Below, piece after piece: positions 30,524 through 40,619 of a DNA stretch of 64,000 bases; positions within the stretch are counted from its first letter, which is position 1, and each line of letters opens with the position of its first letter. The stretch comes from Fidelibacterota bacterium. GTDB taxonomy: Bacteria; Fidelibacterota; Marinisomatia; Marinisomatales; TCS56. The DNA lies in the NCBI GenBank assembly GCA_043822705.1, contig JBDRBK010000082.1, positions 34,565-98,564 on the forward strand. Reading direction: 5' to 3'. The position numbers were made by a program, and so were the translations under genes. The notes under the pieces are model-generated. The model had not been told where the DNA came from. It did not search any database and was given only the letters and a program-made list of their open reading frames with translations.

Positions 30524-31699
30524 ATGAGTACAACACCCCCGAAATTGAATTTGTCACGGCGGTTTCCCGATAATCTGACCACCGCCCATGCCCTGACTCT
30601 GAAAGCTAAAAACGGTGAAAAAGGCGCCACCCGGGGCGAACGTTACGCTCTACCGGCCTTCAACGTCACCACTTTCCAGGGCATCAACGCCGCCTTTTCG
30701 GCCTTCGACCTGTTGGGCGCTTCGGGCCTGCTGGCCTTTTCCGCCTCCGCACTGAAACATTTCGGCGGCGGCGATCCGATCTTCGGACTGGAAATGGCAA
30801 CGGCCTATGTCGAAAAGATGGCCAAGAAATCCACGGTCAAAGTCGCCACTCATCTGGACCACGGCGATTATACCAGTGAAGGCGGCCGCAAGGTCGTGCA
30901 GGCTTCGGTGCAACTGCTGACCAGCGTCATGGCCGACAATTCCACCGACAAGGAAACCAAGAAAGGCCTGCCCCTGGCCGCGAATATCGGCCTGACCCGG
31001 GAAGTGGTCGACATGGCCCATCCGCTGGGCATTTCGGTGGAAGGCGAATTAGGCGTGCTGGCCGGCGAAGAGGACGAGGATACCAAATCCGAATTCTCAA
31101 CCTATACCAATCCCACCGAACTGGATAAATTCCTGCGTGAAACCGGCGTCCTAATGCTGGCCCCCACCATCGGCACCATGCACGGTCCGAACAAGGGCAA
31201 GCCGGGCACCAAAGTGAAGCTGAACATCACTTTAGCCCACGAATTGCTCAAAATCGCCAATAAAATCGACGAAGAAATCATTTTTGTTGCACATGGTGCT
31301 TCCACTTTATATCCAGATGTTGTAAAATATGCTGTCGCACAGATCGGAAAAATGCACGATCCGTCCGACAGCAGCCAGAAATGGTCGGATTTTGTTGGCA
31401 CAGACTGGGACCAGATCCAGGGCCTGATAGGAGCCGGGTTCTGTAAGATCAACACGGATACGGAAAATCGCCAGACTTACCTGTCCGCTCTCTTAGGTGC
31501 CATCGCCGCCAACAGTTCGAAAATTGACATTCGCTGGTACGATAATGTCTGTACCGACGCCCTGACCCAGAGCTATATTCAGAAGCTGATTATGGCCGGT
31601 AATTACGGCGTATGGCATGAACCAAAAATTAATATTGAGAAATTCAAATTTGATCTGAACACGTCACTCAAAGACATTCTGAAGGTTTGTCTTATATAA
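30524..31699 (+). CDS. fba: Class II fructose-bisphosphate aldolase (divergent)
   Basis: PAFNV, HLDHG, VEGELG, GTMHG, HGAS, KINTDT; directly downstream of pfp. Confidence 0.85.
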   Translation: MSTTPPKLNLSRRFPDNLTTAHALTLKAKNGEKGATRGERYALPAFNVTTFQGINAAFSAFDLLGASGLLAFSASALKHFGGGDPIFGLEMATAYVEKMAKKSTVKVATHLDHGDYTSEGGRKVVQASVQLLTSVMADNSTDKETKKGLPLAANIGLTREVVDMAHPLGISVEGELGVLAGEEDEDTKSEFSTYTNPTELDKFLRETGVLMLAPTIGTMHGPNKGKPGTKVKLNITLAHELLKIANKIDEEIIFVAHGASTLYPDVVKYAVAQIGKMHDPSDSSQKWSDFVGTDWDQIQGLIGAGFCKINTDTENRQTYLSALLGAIAANSSKIDIRWYDNVCTDALTQSYIQKLIMAGNYGVWHEPKINIEKFKFDLNTSLKDILKVCLI

Positions 31700-31711
31700 T
31701 ACACCCTCCCC

Positions 31712-31748
31712 AGAGCCCCGGTTACCCCACCGGGGCTCTATTTTTTTT
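31712..31748 (+). terminator. Rho-independent terminator
   Basis: AGAGCCCCGGT/ACCGGGGCTCT stem followed by A then T8. Confidence 0.9.
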
Positions 31749-31831
31749 ATCCGATCTGCCGGTTGAAATCAGTCCGATCTGTCTGCAATCCGGCGGTGAC
31801 CGCTGAACCGGAATCCCCTTGGCAGCGATAA

Positions 31832-31969
31832 TCATTTCCCCATCAGGGCCTGCTCCACTGCTTTCATCGATGACTTGCTGGTAGTCGTGGCGCCGGTGAT
31901 GGCGTCGACGTTGGCATTCCGCCGGTCGCTGATTCGCGGCAAAACGCCCTTGGAAATTTCGGCCAGCGT
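31832..31969 (-). pseudogene. Remnant of an FMN-binding (flavinylation-motif) domain gene
   Basis: Unannotated minus frame reads ..VLPRISDRRNANVDAITGATTTSKSSMKAVEQALMGK*; an in-frame TGA lies upstream and the N-terminal half is missing. Confidence 0.7.
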
Positions 31970-32090
31970 TCAAAAGAATGTTTGATATTGTTATAGCTTT
32001 ATTTCCAATTAATGCTAACTTAACGGGTTACCGGAGGGTAGTATCGCAAGGGAAATATTTGCGTTAAATCAACCGAATATTTATTGAGGG

Positions 32091-33092
32091 GTGGAAATGT
32101 TGAAAATCGTACAAGTCGGGCTGGGCCCGCTGGGACAGAAAATAGTTGGTTATCTGTTGGAACGAGGTGGTCTGGAACTGGTCGCCGCCATCGATATCGA
32201 TCCGCAGAAAACCGGTCGGGATGTGGGGGAGTTGATCGGTGGCGCTCCGATCGGTGTTAAAGTCGCCCGGGATCTGGCTTCCGGTCTGGGCCAGCAGCGG
32301 GCTGATGTGGCGATTCTGGCGACCGTATCCGGTCTGGACAAGATACTGCCGCAAATCACCAGTCTGGCTCAGGCTGGTTTGAACATCGTATCGACCTGCG
32401 AAGAATTATCCTGCCCCTGGCGCACCAATCCCGGATTGGCGGCCGATATTGATCGAATCTGCCGGGATAACAATGTCGCCTGTGTCGGTACCGGTGTAAA
32501 TCCCGGTTTTCTGATGGACTACCTCCCCAGTGTCCTGTCGGCGGTCTGCCAGGACGTAACCAGAATCAGCGTCGAGCGTATACAGGACGCTTCCAGCCGG
32601 CGGATTCCTTTTCAGGAGAAGATCGGCGCCGGACTGACCCTCGATCAGTTTGCCGAAAAAGTCTCAGGCGGCAGCCTGCGCCATGTGGGACTGGTGGAAT
32701 CGGTGCAGTTGATCGCCGGCTGCTTCAACTGGGAACTGGATCAGGTCACCGAAACACTGGAACCGGTCATGGCGGAAACTGAAATCACCACCGGTTTCCG
32801 GCCGATCGAGGCGGGTCAGGCCTGTGGCGTGGAACAGATCGGCAGCGGCTGGCTGAATGGTAAGGAGGTCATTCGCCTGCGTTTCCGGGCCGCCGTCGGC
32901 GAGCCGGATCCGGTCGATTCGATCGAGATCAGCGGCAACCCCGGATTCAAATCCAGCATCCCCGGCGGTGTTCAAGGCGACGTGGCTACCTGCGCGATTA
33001 CGGTCAACGCGTTGCGGGCGATCGGCAATGCCGGTCCGGGCTTGAAAACGATGCTGGATATTCCCGTACCGGGGTATTTCAAAAGTCTGTGA
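32091..33092 (+). CDS. NAD(P)-dependent amine dehydrogenase / 2,4-diaminopentanoate dehydrogenase-like (DapB N-terminal)
   Basis: GLGPLG, VSTCEEL, GTGVNPGFLMD, GGVQGDVAT. Confidence 0.8.
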   Translation: MEMLKIVQVGLGPLGQKIVGYLLERGGLELVAAIDIDPQKTGRDVGELIGGAPIGVKVARDLASGLGQQRADVAILATVSGLDKILPQITSLAQAGLNIVSTCEELSCPWRTNPGLAADIDRICRDNNVACVGTGVNPGFLMDYLPSVLSAVCQDVTRISVERIQDASSRRIPFQEKIGAGLTLDQFAEKVSGGSLRHVGLVESVQLIAGCFNWELDQVTETLEPVMAETEITTGFRPIEAGQACGVEQIGSGWLNGKEVIRLRFRAAVGEPDPVDSIEISGNPGFKSSIPGGVQGDVATCAITVNALRAIGNAGPGLKTMLDIPVPGYFKSL

Positions 33093-33104
33093 TTACGTGA
33101 AACG

Positions 33105-33467
33105 ATGATTATTCCACGGATCGTCAGGTTTGTCTGGGGGAAAGTAATTGTGGAAGGTTTTGATCCTTTCAGGGATGTAATGTTGTTCCCCGGCGGCGCC
33201 CGGGTCTGGGACTGGCGGGAAACCGGCACCAGCCACAGCCCCGGCATCCAGCCGGCAGATGTGCAGGAGCTGCTGGAGCATGGTGCTCAGGTCGTGATTC
33301 TTTCCACCGGTATGCTGGGACGTTTGGGAGTCTGTCCGGAGACCAGGGTATTATTGCAGCAAAAGGGAATCGAAATGCATATTATCCGGACGAAAAAAGC
33401 GGTCCGGTTGTACAATCAATTATGTGCGGATAAACCGGTTGGCGCTTTGATTCATTCGACCTGTTGA
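33105..33467 (+). CDS. Mth938/AAMDC-like protein
   Basis: WDWRETGTSHSPGIQPADV and GALIHSTC. Confidence 0.9.
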   Translation: MIIPRIVRFVWGKVIVEGFDPFRDVMLFPGGARVWDWRETGTSHSPGIQPADVQELLEHGAQVVILSTGMLGRLGVCPETRVLLQQKGIEMHIIRTKKAVRLYNQLCADKPVGALIHSTC

Positions 33468-33508
33468 CCGGGTATGACAATGTCAGAACCCAGGAAAGGA
33501 TAATCATT

Positions 33509-34330
33509 ATGAAAAAACTGATTTTTTATGCATTGTCGCTGCTGGTAGTGATTATTCTGTACGCGGGGGCCGTTAGTCCGACGCTTTCCAATCTGGGCTA
33601 CCTGCGGGAAATTCCCGCCACCGGTGGTGCAAATGACCTGATCAGTAAAAATAGCTGCGAACCGGGAACCGATACGGCTTTCCGGACCAACCTGATTGGG
33701 GCGGCCAGTATCGGTTTCCAGTTGGCGGCGCCCTGGCTGCGCCCTTGGCGTTGCAGTTGGGGGGCGACGGCCCAGGAAATGAAGCTGAATTTGCCGGGTG
33801 ACATCCTGGTCAATGATCCCAGATGGAGTTACACCCGGGCGATCACGATCGCCGCACCCCGGACGGAAGTCTGGCCCTGGCTGGTTCAAATCGGCCAGAA
33901 CCGGGGCGGGTCTTACAGTTATGCAGGTCTGGAAAATCTGATCGGCTGTGAAATACACAACGCTGATACGATCATAGCGGAATTTCAGAATCTGGAAGTG
34001 GGCACGGAAATCTATCTGCATCCCGAGACGCCGCCGTTACCGGTGGTCGCCATGCAGCCGGGCCACTGGTTTATCCTGTACGCCAATGGCATTATCGATG
34101 ATGCCGATGATGTCGAAAACCTCACGACCGACCTGACCTGGGCGTTTTACCTGATGGAAATCGATGCGCAGCACACCCGGATGCTGGTCCGGGGCCGGTA
34201 TAAATACGGCGACCGGCTGGCCGAACGACTGAGCTACGGTCCGATGCTCGTGGAACCGCTGGCGTTTGTGATGGAACGGCGGATGCTGCGGGGCATTAAG
34301 TACCGGGCGGAAAACAGCCCGGTCCGCTGA
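33509..34330 (+). CDS. Hypothetical SRPBCC-like protein
   Basis: WGAT..E..LPGD, AITIAAP..VWPWLVQIGQNRGGSYSY, FVMERRMLRGIK. Confidence 0.75.
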   Translation: MKKLIFYALSLLVVIILYAGAVSPTLSNLGYLREIPATGGANDLISKNSCEPGTDTAFRTNLIGAASIGFQLAAPWLRPWRCSWGATAQEMKLNLPGDILVNDPRWSYTRAITIAAPRTEVWPWLVQIGQNRGGSYSYAGLENLIGCEIHNADTIIAEFQNLEVGTEIYLHPETPPLPVVAMQPGHWFILYANGIIDDADDVENLTTDLTWAFYLMEIDAQHTRMLVRGRYKYGDRLAERLSYGPMLVEPLAFVMERRMLRGIKYRAENSPVR

Positions 34331-35758
34331 TTACTCCTCGACTCTGAAATAGCTGTAGATATATTCCAGTTGATCGGCCTGCCATTCGATCCCGGTGGCG
34401 GATAACCGCTCCTCGAGCCGCCATTTGAACTGAAATTCTTCCCCTTCCAGTCCGGCCAGAATTTCCAACTGCAACGGGCTGAACCAGTTTTTTACCCGCT
34501 CGCCGAAATATCCGCTGTTTTCGATCCTGATCCGGTAGAGCTCGGCATAGCGGAAAATCTGCGCCTGCGTCACGGCGTCATACCGGCCATCGGTGCTTAA
34601 CAGTTTCTGGAACTGGCGGGCGTTGTACGACCGCAGGGTCAGGTTCCGATCCGGTTGGATATCCTCCTGCCACAGACGTTCCGCCACTGTTTCGGTCACC
34701 TGGTAATGTATCGGGTAATATACTTTTTGATCGAATACATTCTGCAGGAAAAACAGGGCGACGAAGGTCATCACCGTGGCCAGGAGCGGTGTCAGAATCC
34801 AACCCAGAGCGATTTTTCGTAAAGTACGGAAGCGGATATTGCGGCCGCCGTGTGTCAGGCCGATCCCGATTACGGCGCCGATCACCGCCTGCGAACTGGA
34901 TATCGGTACCAGCGGAAAGGCCGGCAGGCCGTGGGCGGTGAGCCAGTCGTGCAGACCACGGGAAGCGAACAGGAACAGCACCACCGATTCAGCCAGCACA
35001 ACGACGAACGCCGCCTGCGGTGTCAGATGGACGATATCCTTGCCCACGGTCCGCATAACGCGCTGAGAGTAAGTGAAAATACCGACGGCGATGGCGATTC
35101 CGCCGAGCAGAAACAACTGATGGGTGCTGGACAATTCCCCCAAGCCGTACAGGCTGATCGCCTTGAAAGGCGCCACCGGCACGAAGACGCCCATCACGTT
35201 GGCGATATTATTGGCGCCCAGCGAATAGGCGCCGAAAGCGCCGACGACCAGCAGGCCGGCGCGCGTGTAGGCGTCCAGCCGAAACAGATGAATATTGATC
35301 CTGTGTGTGAATGCGGTCAGTGCTTTATAGAAAATGAAGGAAATGATCGCCGCGATCACCGGACCGCTGATCCAGGCGCTGAAAATGTTGATCAGGGTGC
35401 CCCAGTTGGTCAGCGTGCCGGAAAAGAAATTCCAGCCGATGATCGCCCCGACGATTGCCTGGGAGGCCGACACCGGGATGCCCAGTTTGGTCATCAGGAA
35501 CAGCGTTAAACCGGCCGCCAGAGCAACGATAAAAGCGCCGGCGATCATATTGACCGAGCCTAATTGTCCCAGGGTCTGGCTGGTACCGGAGCCGGAAACC
35601 ACCGCCCCCAGAATCACAAAAATGCTGGCGATGATGGCGGCCGTCCGGAATTTCACCATCTTGGTGCTCACCGCCGAACCGAAAATATTGGACGCGTCGT
35701 TGGCGCCCAGCGACCAGCCCAGGAACAAGCCGCTGGATAGGAAAAACAGCAGCAGCAT
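34331..35758 (-). CDS. Inorganic phosphate transporter, PiT family
   Basis: GANDASN and GANNIAN signature repeats; PVSASQA/PISSSQA. Confidence 0.93.
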   Translation of the reverse strand: MLLLFFLSSGLFLGWSLGANDASNIFGSAVSTKMVKFRTAAIIASIFVILGAVVSGSGTSQTLGQLGSVNMIAGAFIVALAAGLTLFLMTKLGIPVSASQAIVGAIIGWNFFSGTLTNWGTLINIFSAWISGPVIAAIISFIFYKALTAFTHRINIHLFRLDAYTRAGLLVVGAFGAYSLGANNIANVMGVFVPVAPFKAISLYGLGELSSTHQLFLLGGIAIAVGIFTYSQRVMRTVGKDIVHLTPQAAFVVVLAESVVLFLFASRGLHDWLTAHGLPAFPLVPISSSQAVIGAVIGIGLTHGGRNIRFRTLRKIALGWILTPLLATVMTFVALFFLQNVFDQKVYYPIHYQVTETVAERLWQEDIQPDRNLTLRSYNARQFQKLLSTDGRYDAVTQAQIFRYAELYRIRIENSGYFGERVKNWFSPLQLEILAGLEGEEFQFKWRLEERLSATGIEWQADQLEYIYSYFRVEE

Positions 35759-35760
35759 GG

Positions 35761-36402
35761 TTAAATCGAACGCTTGATGGTATAGATCGCCAGGCGGTCG
35801 GCCACGTCCTCGGCCTTGTTGGCCAGGTCGTCAAAATGCTGGACGAAGTAGCGCAGGTGGGATTTTTCGCTCAACATCAGGTCGGATTTGAAAATTTTTG
35901 TCTTCAGCCGTTCCCCCAGCCGGTCGGCTTCCTTCTCAAAATGATAGACCTTGTGCAGGTAGTCGCGCACGGCGATCGGATTCTGGAAAAAAGCCCGGAC
36001 GGCCTTAATGACTTCGTCGATGGCGTGGTTGGAATACTTGGCCAGATCGAGAATGTCCTTGTGGAATTCCTCGGGAATTTTCGGTGTCTGGATATTCAGT
36101 TCAATCAGATTGCTCTTGGCCTTGTTGGACAGGTCGTCGGTATTCTCCAGCAGCGCCAGAACATCTCCGCGCGATTCGGGAATCAGCGTTTCGGTATAAA
36201 GCTGGGCCTCGATTTCGCGCCGCAACTGGTCGCCCCGCTGTTCTTTTTTGCGGATCGTCTGAATCTGCCGTTCCAGGGCTGGAATATCACCCCGCAGATA
36301 GTGTTTGACGCCCTCAAGAAATACCATCCCGGTTTCACAGGTCGTATCCAGGAATTCGTTCATTTTCAGTTCCAGCGCCTTGGTCTTTTTAAATAACTGC
36401 AT
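35761..36402 (-). CDS. DUF47 / PhoU-like phosphate transport regulator
   Basis: E..GD.LRREI and E..AD repeats, AEDVADRL; adjacent to PiT. Confidence 0.88.
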   Translation of the reverse strand: MQLFKKTKALELKMNEFLDTTCETGMVFLEGVKHYLRGDIPALERQIQTIRKKEQRGDQLRREIEAQLYTETLIPESRGDVLALLENTDDLSNKAKSNLIELNIQTPKIPEEFHKDILDLAKYSNHAIDEVIKAVRAFFQNPIAVRDYLHKVYHFEKEADRLGERLKTKIFKSDLMLSEKSHLRYFVQHFDDLANKAEDVADRLAIYTIKRSI

Positions 36403-36417
36403 AATGCATCCGATCAA

Positions 36418-36882
36418 TTACCATTTTTCAAAGGGATGGTCGACCAGGTTGGCGTTGAAATAGCGTGGATCGTCGCTGATTTCCCGGCCTACCCAGTCCG
36501 GTTTGCTAAATTTATGATTCTGCTCCGGCAATTCAACCTCGGCGACAATCAGGCCGGCATTAACGCCGGTGAACTTGTCCACTTCCCAGGTCAGGCCGTC
36601 GATCGGAATCGTGTAGCGGTATTTCTCGATTAACGGCTTCCGGCACAGGTTGTCGAGAATAATTTGCGCATCGGCAACCGGGATCGGGTACTCGAATTCC
36701 ATTCTCGCCAGTCCGGCGGACCGCCCTTTCGCCGTTAGGAATCCCTGCTCGCCGGCAATCCGCACGCGGACAATGGCGTTCGGGTCGGTGGAGAGATAGC
36801 CCTGCCGGTAAAAAACTCCGGTCGCCAGGTTGCGCCAGCGATCGTCGGTGACTAAAAATTTGCGTTCGATTTCGATTGCCAT
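36418..36882 (-). CDS. CYTH-domain protein (triphosphate tunnel metalloenzyme)
   Basis: EIERKFLV, QGYL, VRVRI, EFEYPIP, IEKYRY, AEVEL. Confidence 0.93.
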   Translation of the reverse strand: MAIEIERKFLVTDDRWRNLATGVFYRQGYLSTDPNAIVRVRIAGEQGFLTAKGRSAGLARMEFEYPIPVADAQIILDNLCRKPLIEKYRYTIPIDGLTWEVDKFTGVNAGLIVAEVELPEQNHKFSKPDWVGREISDDPRYFNANLVDHPFEKW

Positions 36883-36971
36883 ATCAGTGTACGGTACACC
36901 CTCTGTGTTTTACATGAAAAAGAGGGCAGTGAATATACAAATATCCGGGCCGTGGAAATAAGCAATATATT

Positions 36972-38339
36972 TCAGGTCCGCCCGGTAACTCCCACAATAC
37001 CAGCAGTTAATAGGGATACGAACATGCCCGGATAAAACGGTTCCAGGCCCAGCGGATAGGAACCGGCGTCGCCGGCGGCATACCAGCCGCCCGCCACTAT
37101 CACCGGTGCGGCCATCAGCAGCAGGGCGGCGGTGGACTGCAACCGGACCCGGGAAAACGTCAGTAAAAACGGCAGCAGCAGACCCGGCACCAGCAGCGAA
37201 CCCAGCACGTACCAGAGTCGAACCACCGACGGCAGTTGCCAGGCCAGCAGCAGGGCGATCAGGGCCGTCAGCAGCAGGCCGTAGCGGCTTAGTTGAGTGG
37301 GGTCGGCTTGTTTTTTGAGGCGCCAGACGATATCCCGGCCGAAGGTGACGGCGCTGATCAGGCCCAGGGAATCGATGGTGGACATGATCGTGGAAATAAT
37401 CCCGGTCAGGAACAGTCCGTAGTACAGCGGCGGCAGGATTTCCCGTCCCAGCCGGGGAAAGGCGAACAAGGCCGGTCCGCCGTCTAAAACGGTGCGGGCA
37501 TAGAGTCCCGAAAACAGGGTCAGCAGGTCAAAAACGAGCCAGAACGCCACCGCTGCCAGGATTCCATTGCGGGCGACGGCCGGTGAACGGGCAGCGGCGC
37601 AACGCTGGTAAAAACCGGGATCGACAAATGTCCACAGGGCAATGAAAAACCAGACCAGGATGAATTGCAGCGATTGGCCGCCACTTGGGTCGCGGTGCCC
37701 CACCGGCAGATTCTGCCACACCTGCAGCGGTGATCCGATTTTTATCCAGGCGAAAATCAGCAGGATGATAAAACCGGCGAACATCAGGACGAATTGGAGG
37801 ATATCGGTGCGGACGACTGCGCCGAAACCGCCGAACCAGATGTACACTAGGCTGAACACGGTCGCCGCCAGCAGGGCCCAACCGAAGGAGATGCCGAAAA
37901 CAAACTGCAGCAGGATGCCGATGCTGAGAATATAGGGTGCGGGGCTGGACAGGAACAGCAGGAAGACGGCGCTCAGAATGCCGGGATAACGACCGTAATG
38001 TCGGTGAAAATGATCGGGGATCGAGAGCTGTTCCTGCCGGCGAATGCGCCCGGCCAGAAAGACCGCGAACAGGATCGCGAAAAAATAATACGGCAGTCCG
38101 AAAATAACCCAGGTCTGGATGCCATAATTGAAGGTGTTTTCACCCACTCCGAGGATGCCACCGTACCAGGTCGCCACCAGCGTGGCCACGAAGCCCGGCA
38201 GGCTCAGCCGGCGGCCGGACAGGATATATTCATTCGGACTGGAACGGCTGCCCCGGCTGCGCGCCAGGCCCAGCGCGATCAGCAGACCGAGATACAGCAG
38301 GATGACCAGTGCGTCCGGGGTCGCGATGTTCAGGCTCAT
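36972..38339 (-). CDS. Sodium:solute symporter, probable thiamine transporter
   Basis: Multi-TM; ATLVATWYGGILGVGE, GGFGAVVRTD, DPGFYQR, IMSTIDS; overlaps the thiamine diphosphokinase gene. Confidence 0.85.
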   Translation of the reverse strand: MSLNIATPDALVILLYLGLLIALGLARSRGSRSSPNEYILSGRRLSLPGFVATLVATWYGGILGVGENTFNYGIQTWVIFGLPYYFFAILFAVFLAGRIRRQEQLSIPDHFHRHYGRYPGILSAVFLLFLSSPAPYILSIGILLQFVFGISFGWALLAATVFSLVYIWFGGFGAVVRTDILQFVLMFAGFIILLIFAWIKIGSPLQVWQNLPVGHRDPSGGQSLQFILVWFFIALWTFVDPGFYQRCAAARSPAVARNGILAAVAFWLVFDLLTLFSGLYARTVLDGGPALFAFPRLGREILPPLYYGLFLTGIISTIMSTIDSLGLISAVTFGRDIVWRLKKQADPTQLSRYGLLLTALIALLLAWQLPSVVRLWYVLGSLLVPGLLLPFLLTFSRVRLQSTAALLLMAAPVIVAGGWYAAGDAGSYPLGLEPFYPGMFVSLLTAGIVGVTGRT

Positions 38340-38980
38340 TCGGGATGGGCGCGAAAGATCAGGATTTTCCCGGTGGACCGAACGCGGAAAGTGGTACCGC
38401 CGGCACGGTTACTGATGCCCCGCCCCGATACCGGCAGCGGTTCGTTATCAAGATTGTACAGCAACCCGCTGGTGGTCACAGCCGGCGATTGCTCCAGCGC
38501 TAGCAGCGACACCCGCTGACCGGCCACCGAAGCAAATTCCCGTTTGCCGGACAGGCAGTCGATCGTAAAATAATCACTGATCGCACGGACCTCCAACCGA
38601 TCACTGTAAGCGTTCAGGATCAGCAGATTGGCCAGGGCATGATCATCACCGCCGCCGCTGAGCCCGGTCAAGGTGATCAGATGAATCTGCTGCTCCAGAC
38701 ACCAGTTCAGGGCTTTTTCGAGATCGGTGTCGTCCTGGGTCGCGACCGCTATGACCGGGCAGGGATATTCCGCCAGCGGCCGGCCGATCGAATCCAGGTC
38801 GCCGATTACCAGGTCCGGCCTCAAACCGCTGTCAAGTGCCCGGTCGGCGCTGCCGTCGGTGCAGATCAGAAAGCCGGCGGCATGCAAGACCTGTAATGGT
38901 CGCTGGTGGGTGGGGAATTGGCCGCCCGCCAGGATCACTACCGGGTCGTTGATGCTGAATTTTAGCGGCTGACTATTCAT
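38336..38980 (-). CDS. thiN: Thiamine diphosphokinase
   Basis: CTDGSA, VIGDLDS, QDDTDLEKAL, DHALAN, GLLYNL, GISN. Confidence 0.9.
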   Translation of the reverse strand: MNSQPLKFSINDPVVILAGGQFPTHQRPLQVLHAAGFLICTDGSADRALDSGLRPDLVIGDLDSIGRPLAEYPCPVIAVATQDDTDLEKALNWCLEQQIHLITLTGLSGGGDDHALANLLILNAYSDRLEVRAISDYFTIDCLSGKREFASVAGQRVSLLALEQSPAVTTSGLLYNLDNEPLPVSGRGISNRAGGTTFRVRSTGKILIFRAHPE

Positions 38981-39938
38981 AGGATGCCACCTGCCAGGAC
39001 TTGTCAAAATGTTTGCGGTAACCACTTTTAACGGAAAGCCGGAAACGCTGGCGGTTTTCCTGAACGCGGCGCGAGTATTCCGGCGAGGAAAAATAATCTT
39101 TTATCTTCAGTGAAACCGGCATGATCATCGGGGCCGGCTGCCAATGGAAGACCTGCCGGGTGTTGCGGTCGCGAATCTGGCCTTCGGTGCAGGCCCAGGT
39201 CAAGCGCTCGAGCCGGTGGCGGAGCAGCAGTTGCTTCTCGATATAATGGATCAGGCCCTGCTGCGCCGGATCGACAAACAGGAACTGACGGCCGTAAAAC
39301 AGGCCGGTGTGCAGGTAATTGGGGACGATCAGGATTCCGTCGGCGTTGCCACGGCGGGCGGCCCAGTACAGCGTCTCATAAACCAGCCGGCCGATGCCCA
39401 GTCCCGGAAATTCCTGGCCGGGCAACTGGGGCCGGAACCGGGTGAATGGTTTTTGTGGATGTTGCAGCAGCAGCCACTCGATGATAATCAGGTCGCTGCC
39501 TCGGGGAGCGGTCCGGATTCCGGACAACGGGGGCAGATTGAAATGACCACGACGGGCGACGATTTCACCGGAGACGATTGTATCTTCGGCGGATTGATGG
39601 ACGATTCGCAGTAGGTGTTTGTAGGAATCGGTGGTATCAAGATAGATCGTTGGCTGCGTCAGGCCTAGATTTTCCAGCGCCTGCAGGACGCCGAATTTTT
39701 TCAGGGCGAACTGAATTCCCAGTTTGCTGAACAGGCCCAGGAACCGGCCGGTCCCGCGGCTGCCGGATAGATCGTTGAAAATATCCGCTTCGGAGAAACC
39801 ATCACCACTGTCTTCACGGGTCAGCAGCAACGGCGACAAGTGCCGGGCGATATTGCGGTATTTCCGCGGCCGCGGCTTCAATACGGTTTTTATTTCGGGC
39901 AACATCGGGACAAATTTAGGACGATTGAATTTTATCAA
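38973..39938 (-). CDS. Hypothetical protein (RPQLPGQEFPGLG motif, possibly GNAT-like)
   Basis: IEWLLLQHP..RPQLPGQEFPGLG..P.YLH..YG; start could be 39905. Confidence 0.7.
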   Translation of the reverse strand: MIKFNRPKFVPMLPEIKTVLKPRPRKYRNIARHLSPLLLTREDSGDGFSEADIFNDLSGSRGTGRFLGLFSKLGIQFALKKFGVLQALENLGLTQPTIYLDTTDSYKHLLRIVHQSAEDTIVSGEIVARRGHFNLPPLSGIRTAPRGSDLIIIEWLLLQHPQKPFTRFRPQLPGQEFPGLGIGRLVYETLYWAARRGNADGILIVPNYLHTGLFYGRQFLFVDPAQQGLIHYIEKQLLLRHRLERLTWACTEGQIRDRNTRQVFHWQPAPMIMPVSLKIKDYFSSPEYSRRVQENRQRFRLSVKSGYRKHFDKSWQVASYE

Positions 39939-39981
39939 TTAACATAAATTGGATTTGCATACTGGGGAACCGCTTTTTTAA

Positions 39982-40015
39982 ATTGGAAACGATAAAAACG
40001 TAAATCGTTTCCAAT
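39982..40015. promoter_or_regulatory. Probable TetR operator
   Basis: Perfect 12-bp inverted repeat ATTGGAAACGAT-N10-ATCGTTTCCAAT overlapping the TetR start codon. Confidence 0.7.
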
Positions 40016-40619
40016 GAGCAAAGAATACGGCAAATTTGAGATTCAGTTATTTCAAGCCGGCTGGCAACTGTTAATCCAGGATGGCCTGCGGTCGTTTACC
40101 GTCGAAGATCTGGCTGCGCGGCTGGGTGTCAGCAAGAAAACGATTTATCAGACGGTCGCATCCAGGGAGAAACTGATCGAAAATACGATCCGGTTCGCCC
40201 TTGAAGATGTCGAACTGAAAATTTTGGATATCATTGATAGTGAAGCCAATCCGCTGCTGCGCTTTATTGGTATTATTCGTTATGTGGCGGCTTTCCTCAG
40301 CCAGATACCGACCCAGCGTCTGCTTGATTTAAAGCTCCGTTACCCTAAAATCTGGCAGATCGTGGAAGAATTCCGTTTCGACCGCCGCCGGCAGTTCCAG
40401 GTAATTCTACAGGAAGCCAGCGCGGCCGGCTATGTCCGCGAGGATTTGGACGTCGATAAATTTGTACTGCTGCTGATGCAGATGATCAACTCGATTTTTC
40501 AACCGGAATTCCTGGTCCGGAACAATCTGGCGATTCCCGATACAATCAGATTTTTCTTCAGAATTATCACCATCGGTACCTTTACCGCAGAAGGACGGAA
40601 ACATGTCGAATCTTTTTAA
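40014..40619 (+). CDS. TetR/AcrR-family transcriptional regulator
   Basis: HTH FTVEDLAARLGVSKKTIY. Confidence 0.92.
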   Translation: MSKEYGKFEIQLFQAGWQLLIQDGLRSFTVEDLAARLGVSKKTIYQTVASREKLIENTIRFALEDVELKILDIIDSEANPLLRFIGIIRYVAAFLSQIPTQRLLDLKLRYPKIWQIVEEFRFDRRRQFQVILQEASAAGYVREDLDVDKFVLLLMQMINSIFQPEFLVRNNLAIPDTIRFFFRIITIGTFTAEGRKHVESF

